Notes under the pieces: model-generated
Seen by the model: the letters and a program-made list of their open reading frames with translations, nothing else
Databases searched by the model: none
What the model was told of the DNA's origin: nothing
Position numbers and translations under genes: made by a program
DNA from: a bacterium
GTDB taxonomy: Bacteria; Armatimonadota; Zipacnadia; Zipacnadales; UBA11051
Direction of reading: 5' to 3'
NCBI GenBank assembly: GCA_030604405.1
Contig: JAUVVY010000013.1
Coordinates: 3,267-67,266, forward strand
DNA: 64,000 bases
In this document: piece after piece, positions 57,340-64,000 of the stretch
Position numbering within the stretch: the first letter of the stretch is position 1
Layout: every line of letters begins with the position of its first letter

Positions 57340-60270
57340 CTACTGTTCCGCGCTGACCAGCTCCCCCAGGCGCTGCTTGGCTCGTGCCACCCACTCCGTT
57401 TCTGCCGGAAAGCTATCTATGAGCTGCCGGTACGTGGCCGTGGCCTGTTTGAGTTGGCCGACCTTTTCGTAGCAAATACCTGCAGCGTACAGGGCCTTGG
57501 CAGCCAGTTCCGTCGGCGCGTCGCCCGCAGCCAGTTTCACGTACAGTTCGGCTGCAAGCGCAAAATCATTTTGCAGCCGGCTCAAGTCAGCAGCTTCGAA
57601 CTGCGCCTCGGCGCGTAGAGCCGGCTCCGGGCTTTCCACAAGCTCTGTCAGCATTTCCGCAGCGCGCTTGTACTGTTGAAGCTCCTTGTAGCTGCGAGCC
57701 AGCGCCAGCTTCGTCTGTGGCGTGTACGGCGAATCGGGAAACACCTGCACCAGACGCTGCAGCACCGGCGCCGCCTTTGCCGCCTCGCCGCCGGCCAGGT
57801 AAGCCTGTCCCAGCAGGTGCAGCAGCGCGGGCAGTTGGTCGGCGTCTGCCATATCGCTGCCCGGCGCCAAAATCTCGGCGGCCGCTGCGTATTCGCCCTG
57901 GTGCATGAGAATGTAGCCGGCCTGCAAGCGGGCGTCGAAAGCTATCTGCGGGTTGTCGGCGGCTTCGCTGGCAATGCGGAAATGCGTCAGCGCAGCCTCC
58001 GACCTATCAGTTTTCATCAGCGCCCAGGCCAGCTTGTAGTGAGCTTCGTCAGCCAGATCGCTGGAGTCGTATTCATCAAGCAAGCGGCGGTAAAGCTCCG
58101 CCGCTGTCGTGAAACTTCCCTGCCTGTAGCGCTGTTCGGCTGCCCAGAATAGGCCATCCGGCGCAAGTTCGTGCTGCGGGTAGTTATCAGCGATCTTCAA
58201 GTAGGTATCGCCGGCCAGCAATGGCTTGTTGGCCTGCAGGTATATCTCAGCAAGCGCCATTAGCGCCTGGGGTGCCCAGGAGGCTTTGGGCTCGGCGGCT
58301 AGTGCCTGCTCAAGCTGCTCGATTGCGATGCTGTATTGGCCCAGGCCGGAAAGCGCTACGCCTAACTGCGCTCGCGCCTGAGCGGCTTGTGGCGCGTCGG
58401 GGAATTCCTTCAGACAATGCTGATAGACATCTGCTGCGTGCTGGTACTGCCCGGCCCCCAGCCTTGCATCCCCAGCGCCTCGCAGTGCTGTGGCTGCCCA
58501 CGCGCTCTTCGGGTCTGTGTCGTATGCGGCGCGGTACGTTTTGGCCGCATTGTCCCATTCTTGGCCTCGGTAGTACGCGTCAGCCACCAGACACAGCAAC
58601 TGTGGCCGCCCGTCCCACGCCAAGCTGTCAGGCCTGATCTGGCCGATTAGCGTGAGGGCCCCTGCCAGTTCGCCGGCGTCAATGTCCAGAAGCACCAGAC
58701 CGGCCCGCGCCGCATCGGCCCAGTCGCCTTCCGGGTAATCCGCAAGCACCTTGCCAAATGTCTGTCGGGCTTGTTCTGCCTGCCCGAGATGCCGCTGCGA
58801 GCGCCCACTGATGACCAGCGCCTCGGCCAGGTTCGGGTGCTGCGGGTGGTGTTGCAGAATCACTCCCGCCAGCTCCAGCGCTGCCTCGTATTGCCCCTCA
58901 CTGAGACACAACTGCGCGGTTGTCAGTGCGCTGCGTGTGGCCGTCCGGCTTTTCGGATTGTGAACGAGCAGCGACTTCAGCGCGTCCAGATTCTCCGCTG
59001 ACCGCTCCTGGTGGTACGCTGTCCACGCGGCTCGGTACTTTGCCTCCAGAACCAGCTCTTCATCCTCGCCGCTGGCGGCTGCCTGCTCGTAGGCCGCGTG
59101 GGCGTCAGCCAGTCTGTCGGCAGCGTAGTACAGCGCCCCCAGCCGCAAGTGGGCCTCGGCCCGGTTCTCGTGGTCCGGATACTCCTCGACGAAGCTATTA
59201 AACGCGGCAACAGCAGCGTCCGCCCGCTCATCCAGTTGGTAAGTCAGAGCCTGCCAGTACGCTGCCGTGGCTGCGTAAGGGTTATGCTCATCGGCAGCCA
59301 CTTCGCCGTAAAGCCGGGTAGCGTCGGGATACTCTTTTGCCGAAAACAGCGCATCGGCAGCCCTCAAACTTGACCGGGCGCCAACTTCCGTGCCCCGGTA
59401 TCGCCTTGCTATTTCGCTGAAGGTCTTACTGGCCTCAGAGAAAGCGCCCTGGCCGAATTGCGCCGAACCGACCCCGGCCAGGGCATGGGGGACAAATTCG
59501 CCGTCCGGGTGCTCGGCAACGAGCCGCCGGTAATGTGCGGTGGCTTCATCGAACTGTTGCAGCGCCTCACACGCCCGGCCCATGCCGTAGAGCGCATCTG
59601 GCACAACCTCGCTGTCCGGGAATTCCTGCAGCAGTTGCTTGAAGCTTTCGAGCGCGGCCTGGTTGTCGGTCTCCGCCTCAATAGTAGCTATCGAGTACAG
59701 CGCGTACGCTGCGTAGTCGCCTTTGGGGGCCAGTGACAGGCTTTTCCGGTACGCCTCCAAAGCCGGTTGTTTCTGTCCGTTCTGATAGTACGCCTCGCCC
59801 AGCCAGTAGGTAGCTTTGTCCCTGATATCGCTGTCCGGGTACTTTTCGAGCATTTCGCTGAAACAATCCGCCGCAGTATCGTACTGCTCCAGTTGAAACA
59901 GGCAATTGCCGATCCGGAAATATGCGTCATCTACGTCCGACCAGTCGGGGTACTTGTCAATCACATGGTGGTAGCTGGCCAACGCCTGCTCGTAGCGCTG
60001 CAGGTTGAAGAGACACTCGCCCGACGCAAAGTGCGCCAGTGGCATCGCCTCGTGTTCGGGGTGCTGCGCGATAAACGCCTGGTAGTGCTTCAGCGCCTCT
60101 TCCCACTTCTCGGCATCCAGCGCACGCCCGGCATCCAGGAGCAGGTCCCCGGCCAAGCCCTGTGCGAAAACTGCCGCCGGCCCCAGCGCTAGAACAAGCA
60201 ACGCCATTGCCACAACTGCCGCCCGGACGCCCATAAGACTGCGGCGGCGCGCGATAGTAGGACTCAACAT
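57340..60270 (-). CDS. Large secreted TPR protein (CpoB/BamD-like repeats)
   Basis: AAGGAG RBS; signal peptide; many repeats of A.Y..G..Y....Y..A...Y..L...YP.S. Confidence 0.88.
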   Translation of the reverse strand: MLSPTIARRRSLMGVRAAVVAMALLVLALGPAAVFAQGLAGDLLLDAGRALDAEKWEEALKHYQAFIAQHPEHEAMPLAHFASGECLFNLQRYEQALASYHHVIDKYPDWSDVDDAYFRIGNCLFQLEQYDTAADCFSEMLEKYPDSDIRDKATYWLGEAYYQNGQKQPALEAYRKSLSLAPKGDYAAYALYSIATIEAETDNQAALESFKQLLQEFPDSEVVPDALYGMGRACEALQQFDEATAHYRRLVAEHPDGEFVPHALAGVGSAQFGQGAFSEASKTFSEIARRYRGTEVGARSSLRAADALFSAKEYPDATRLYGEVAADEHNPYAATAAYWQALTYQLDERADAAVAAFNSFVEEYPDHENRAEAHLRLGALYYAADRLADAHAAYEQAAASGEDEELVLEAKYRAAWTAYHQERSAENLDALKSLLVHNPKSRTATRSALTTAQLCLSEGQYEAALELAGVILQHHPQHPNLAEALVISGRSQRHLGQAEQARQTFGKVLADYPEGDWADAARAGLVLLDIDAGELAGALTLIGQIRPDSLAWDGRPQLLCLVADAYYRGQEWDNAAKTYRAAYDTDPKSAWAATALRGAGDARLGAGQYQHAADVYQHCLKEFPDAPQAAQARAQLGVALSGLGQYSIAIEQLEQALAAEPKASWAPQALMALAEIYLQANKPLLAGDTYLKIADNYPQHELAPDGLFWAAEQRYRQGSFTTAAELYRRLLDEYDSSDLADEAHYKLAWALMKTDRSEAALTHFRIASEAADNPQIAFDARLQAGYILMHQGEYAAAAEILAPGSDMADADQLPALLHLLGQAYLAGGEAAKAAPVLQRLVQVFPDSPYTPQTKLALARSYKELQQYKRAAEMLTELVESPEPALRAEAQFEAADLSRLQNDFALAAELYVKLAAGDAPTELAAKALYAAGICYEKVGQLKQATATYRQLIDSFPAETEWVARAKQRLGELVSAEQ

Positions 60271-60408
60271 TTCGAACTCCTTGGATAGGTCTTGTGTCGA
60301 AAGCGCTGATCGTTTGTGCGCACCGTGCATGCGTAGTGTTTAGTCAAATCAAAGCCGCCACGGTTGCGGCATAGATGGTCTTCCTTGTGCTTGTGAAGAC
60401 TATCGCCG

Positions 60409-61302
60409 CTACTCTTGCACCGACAGCCCCAGATCGCCAAGTACCTGGCGCAGCCGCTGTTTCGCTTCACCAGACATCGGGCCTACGGGTCGGGCGGTGG
60501 GACCTACCGGCAGGCCGATCGCACGAGCGGCCTCCTTGATCGGGTCCGGCACTGTGCTCAGAGCGAAGCAGCGGCGCAGCGGCATCACGCGCAACTGCGC
60601 TTCCCACGCGGCCTCCAGGTCACCGCCACGGAAGCTTTCATACAGTGAAACCAGCAGCCCCGGAACGATATTGGCTGTGGCGGCCACCGCGCCGGCGGTC
60701 CCGGCGCCTAGAGCCGCGCAGATCAGCCCGTCATTACCGTTCATCACCGCAGTGTCGCCAGGCGTCAGGCGGATGTGGTCTATTGTGTTGTTGAGGTCCC
60801 CGCTTGAGTCTTTGATCCCGACGATGTTGTCAATTTCGGCGAGGCGGGCCATGGTCTGCGGTGCGATGCTAATATGAGTGCGGCTGGGCAGGTCATATAG
60901 CAGCACCGGCAGGTCGGTAGCCTCGGCGATGGCGCGGAAATGGGCGTAGAGTTCGTCCTGGCCGGGGGAGATGAAGTACGGGGCCACAACCGAGACCCCG
61001 TCAGCCCCGGCTTCCTCCGCCCCCCGCAGGTTTGCCAGCGCCGCGCGGGTGGTTACTGCACCCACGCCGGCCAGTACCGGAACGCGGCCGGCCACCGCCT
61101 GTACGTAGGCGGCGATGACTGCCTCTCGCTCCTGCGTCGTCAGGGCATAGGCTTCCCCGTGGGTGCCGACCACAAACAACCCGTGAACGCCTGCGCCCAG
61201 CACGTACTCGACCAGCGTGGGGATGGCTTCCAGATTCGGGCTTTCGTCCGGGTTCATTGGAGTCAGCATCGCCGGATAGATGCCGTGAACTGGGAATTCC
61301 AC
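60409..61302 (-). CDS. Dihydrodipicolinate synthase (DapA) family aldolase/lyase
   Basis: AGGAGG RBS; GTHGE, LLYDLPSRT and GIKDSSGD (Schiff-base Lys) motifs. Confidence 0.9.
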   Translation of the reverse strand: MEFPVHGIYPAMLTPMNPDESPNLEAIPTLVEYVLGAGVHGLFVVGTHGEAYALTTQEREAVIAAYVQAVAGRVPVLAGVGAVTTRAALANLRGAEEAGADGVSVVAPYFISPGQDELYAHFRAIAEATDLPVLLYDLPSRTHISIAPQTMARLAEIDNIVGIKDSSGDLNNTIDHIRLTPGDTAVMNGNDGLICAALGAGTAGAVAATANIVPGLLVSLYESFRGGDLEAAWEAQLRVMPLRRCFALSTVPDPIKEAARAIGLPVGPTARPVGPMSGEAKQRLRQVLGDLGLSVQE

Positions 61303-61335
61303 TGCGCACCTCCTTGGGCTTGTGCAGAGCTTGGA

Positions 61336-63489
61336 CTATTGCCGCTTTTGCTTGAGGCTTTGGCGAAGCTGATGCAGGGCGGATAGGACCTGATCTGCGC
61401 TGGCCGATTGCGCTGGCCGGCCGCTGAAACGGGCCACCGTGTACTGCACGGCGATCTCGTGGGCATCGCCGCGGATGTGAGCCAGGGCGTCGGGGATGCT
61501 GTCAACGAACTCGTGTGCTGGAGTTTGCGGCCAGTCAGGCGCCCCGTGGGCCGCCAGCAGCTTCCTCATGCGGCGGTAGGCCCAGACGATTCGCTCGCGG
61601 GAACCGGTGGCCAGTGGCGGGCGGTTGCGCTGCCATTCGAGATACGAACGCGAGCCGACGAAGACCACAGTCAAGATCAGCAGGCCGCCGGCCGCTAACG
61701 GCCAATAGGAGCGTGCATACGCGACCACCACTGCGAGCCGCTGTTTGACCGAGCCGGTCACCTCCCGCCATACATCGCCGAAGGTCCGTTGCTCCTGCTC
61801 GCGGGCGGCGGGAGTTGGTTCGAAGCTCATCCAGCCGCCCTCCGCCACATAAACCTCCGGCCAGGCATGTGCGTCTTCGCCGCGGACCACGTAGAGGTCC
61901 TTTTCGGCATCGCGGACCTCGCCTCGCGTAAAGCCGACAGCCATGCGGGCGGGCAGGCCGATGCTGCGACACATTATGACCATGGCGGTCGCGAAGTGGT
62001 AGCAGTAGCCGCGTTTCGTATCGAACAGGAATGCCTCGACGAGCTCCTTTGGCCACGTCCGCGGTGTGGCCAGATCATACTCATACTCATAGGCCAGATG
62101 CAGTTCTATTGCCCGCGCTTTCTCAAAACCCGTCGGCGCATCGGCGGTTAACTCCAGGGCCAGTTCTTTGATCTCTGGCGCAAGGTCATCAGGGAGCTGC
62201 AAGTACCTGTCCTGCAGCACCTGCCTGTCCACGGGATAGGCAATGCCGCCGGCATTAGGCAATGTTGGTGGCACCTCCGCTATGAGCGTGTAAGTCTGTG
62301 TGCCGATAGCATAGGTGCGTGGTGAGATAGTACCGTCTGGGTTGTAGTATATGCTGGCGACAGGGGTCTGGATAGAGACGGGATAAAGAGCGACAGGAAT
62401 CGCAGCCCCGAACGCGGCGTGTGGGGTAACGCGAAGCTCTGTGGTGACGGTGGCATTGCTGAGGCCCGAGCCCTCCCGGGGGATCTGCCAGGCCCCCGCT
62501 GGGTCGGCTTCCGTAACACGATTGCTGGCCAGGCGCCGCCTCCAGGTCCTGACCGTGTAGGTGTCATACGCGGTCGTGCGCCAGTTGGTGGGGCGCTCGC
62601 ACTCGACCTCCATGACGATCTGGCGGCCCTGTGGCGGCTCCAGACGCGGCAGCCACAATGATGACGGCGGTGTGTAGTCCCCCACCCGCGACATCAGATG
62701 CCGGGCGATTCTGTGCGCCAGGTAAATCCGGGCATTGTCGGCAAAGCTGGTCGAAAGCTCAGCACGCGCCGCCCAGAAGCCAACGCCAACGGCGACCAAT
62801 AGTGCCAGCAGATACAGCGCGGGCCAGGAGTAAAGAGTGCCTGATGAGCGTCGGGTGCGGCTGAAGCTCAGTCTCCCGACGTCTGCGTAGGCGCCTTCAA
62901 GCAACAGGCGGTGTTCCAGAGCTAACAGTGCCAGGGACCCGAACAGCAGCAGCGCCATCCCCATCAGCGCCGAATAGTGCCTGATGGCGACCAGTGAGAG
63001 CAACACGATCGAGGTGGCGGGCAGAATCGTCTGGACGAGCTCGGTGATGGTGCGCACCGAGAACGCTCTGAAGGCCGTTATCCACAGACACATCGCGATA
63101 AGAAATCGCAACGCCATATAGACGTCTTCCGGCGGCTGGCGGAAGTAAACTGCAACGGTCGGACCGAATTGGGCAATGCCCAGGACAACGGCGGCAAGAA
63201 AAACGACGTAGTTAACGGCTAGCCGGGATACTCTGCTGTAATGTAGATGGTAGGCGACTGGGAAGGCGGCTACCATCAGCAGGCCGATCTCGGCGACAAG
63301 GATAGGATTGGCCATGAATACTGAGCATGCCAGCAGGGCAGCAATCATCGTGGCCCAGGCGTAGAGGCACGCCCAGTACCACACGCCGGCACCCTCGACC
63401 TGCACCACGCGCGCCGGGTCATAAGGCGCCATCTCCAGACCCAGCAGACGGCGGAGGTGCTGCCGCGCTCGCGGCGGGATGCCTTTCAT
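61336..63489 (-). CDS. Transglutaminase TgpA-like membrane protein (DUF3488 + transglutaminase core + DUF4129)
   Basis: N-terminal TM helices; FLFDTKRGYCYHFATAM..R..GLPARMAVGF, AHAWPEVY and FEPTP motifs. Confidence 0.92.
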   Translation of the reverse strand: MKGIPPRARQHLRRLLGLEMAPYDPARVVQVEGAGVWYWACLYAWATMIAALLACSVFMANPILVAEIGLLMVAAFPVAYHLHYSRVSRLAVNYVVFLAAVVLGIAQFGPTVAVYFRQPPEDVYMALRFLIAMCLWITAFRAFSVRTITELVQTILPATSIVLLSLVAIRHYSALMGMALLLFGSLALLALEHRLLLEGAYADVGRLSFSRTRRSSGTLYSWPALYLLALLVAVGVGFWAARAELSTSFADNARIYLAHRIARHLMSRVGDYTPPSSLWLPRLEPPQGRQIVMEVECERPTNWRTTAYDTYTVRTWRRRLASNRVTEADPAGAWQIPREGSGLSNATVTTELRVTPHAAFGAAIPVALYPVSIQTPVASIYYNPDGTISPRTYAIGTQTYTLIAEVPPTLPNAGGIAYPVDRQVLQDRYLQLPDDLAPEIKELALELTADAPTGFEKARAIELHLAYEYEYDLATPRTWPKELVEAFLFDTKRGYCYHFATAMVIMCRSIGLPARMAVGFTRGEVRDAEKDLYVVRGEDAHAWPEVYVAEGGWMSFEPTPAAREQEQRTFGDVWREVTGSVKQRLAVVVAYARSYWPLAAGGLLILTVVFVGSRSYLEWQRNRPPLATGSRERIVWAYRRMRKLLAAHGAPDWPQTPAHEFVDSIPDALAHIRGDAHEIAVQYTVARFSGRPAQSASADQVLSALHQLRQSLKQKRQ

Positions 63490-64000
63490 CGCCGCACCCC
63501 CTCAGCCTCGCGCAGTGAGCTCATCGTCGCAAGCTGGGAGAATGCCTGTGACAACTCTGAAGCCGAGACCGCCAGCACCGCAGGCGCACCAGCAGCGCGA
63601 AGGCTCTCGAGTGCGGCGAGTTGTCGGCGTTGGACCATCTGTTCAGCATCATCAGCTCCGCACAGGATCACTCTAAGCCCGATGCCGCGAGCGGCAATCT
63701 CGCGCAAAGCGTCTATCGCAGCGGCCTCAATGCCGGAGGTGATGGCGAACACTGTGACGCCGGGCGGAACCAGGGCCGTCCATTCGCCGACATTGGCCGC
63801 GAACCCGCGCTGGCCGGCGGGCTTGGCCCTCGCCAGGGCAAATAGCCAGCGCTGGTAAGTCGATCGGCCGCGGTCCGGGGTGCGCAGACTGGTAGGGAGG
63901 CCCTCGCCGAAAAGTTCGATATCGAGATTGAGTTCGGTCAATATCTGGATCAGGGAAGCAGCGGCTACGACCTGGCATTCGAAGCTGCTTTTCGGCCCGT
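63486..64000 (-). CDS. DUF58-family protein, 3' part (start outside window)
   Basis: Frame open to the window edge (GPKSSFECQVVAAASL); 4-nt overlap with the TgpA-like gene; MoxR-DUF58-transglutaminase is a common operon. Confidence 0.7.
   Translation of the reverse strand, partial: GPKSSFECQVVAAASLIQILTELNLDIELFGEGLPTSLRTPDRGRSTYQRWLFALARAKPAGQRGFAANVGEWTALVPPGVTVFAITSGIEAAAIDALREIAARGIGLRVILCGADDAEQMVQRRQLAALESLRAAGAPAVLAVSASELSQAFSQLATMSSLREAEGVRR

Noticed and set aside
1..64000. Genome-wide TAG reassignment (alternative genetic code)
   Set aside because: Many clearly complete genes end in TAG directly before the next gene (e.g. 10083, 14450, 36687, 39214, 45612, 54763).

Overview
High-GC bacterial chromosomal window. 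The abundance of secreted BNR/sialidase, heparinase-like, DUF6067 and PD40 proteins suggests an Armatimonadota/PVC-like glycan degrader (inference only). The first ~52 kb is a plastic accessory region: large secreted carbohydrate-active proteins, small redox/polyol catabolic clusters, paralogue duplications, REP-like palindromes and many gene fragments. The last ~12 kb is more housekeeping-like (mdh, two-subunit fumarase split by a DUF433/DUF5615 toxin-antitoxin pair, TPR proteins, DapA-family, TgpA transglutaminase, DUF58). Highlights: (i) two headless C-terminal cassettes, each followed by an intact signal-peptide gene (2.5-6.0 kb), resembling a polymorphic effector/immunity array, the first with a transglutaminase-type Cys-His-Asp triad; (ii) a TPR-metallo-beta-lactamase-fold-zinc-ribbon gene bracketed by a 20/23-bp direct repeat, a candidate mobile single-gene defence cassette; (iii) a pentapeptide-repeat K+ channel gene broken only by two in-frame TAG codons; (iv) an A-B-B'-A' paralogue quartet; (v) a nested REP-in-REP element. 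No rRNA, tRNA, CRISPR array or intact transposase/integrase was recognised. All family calls come from motifs read by eye, not database searches.
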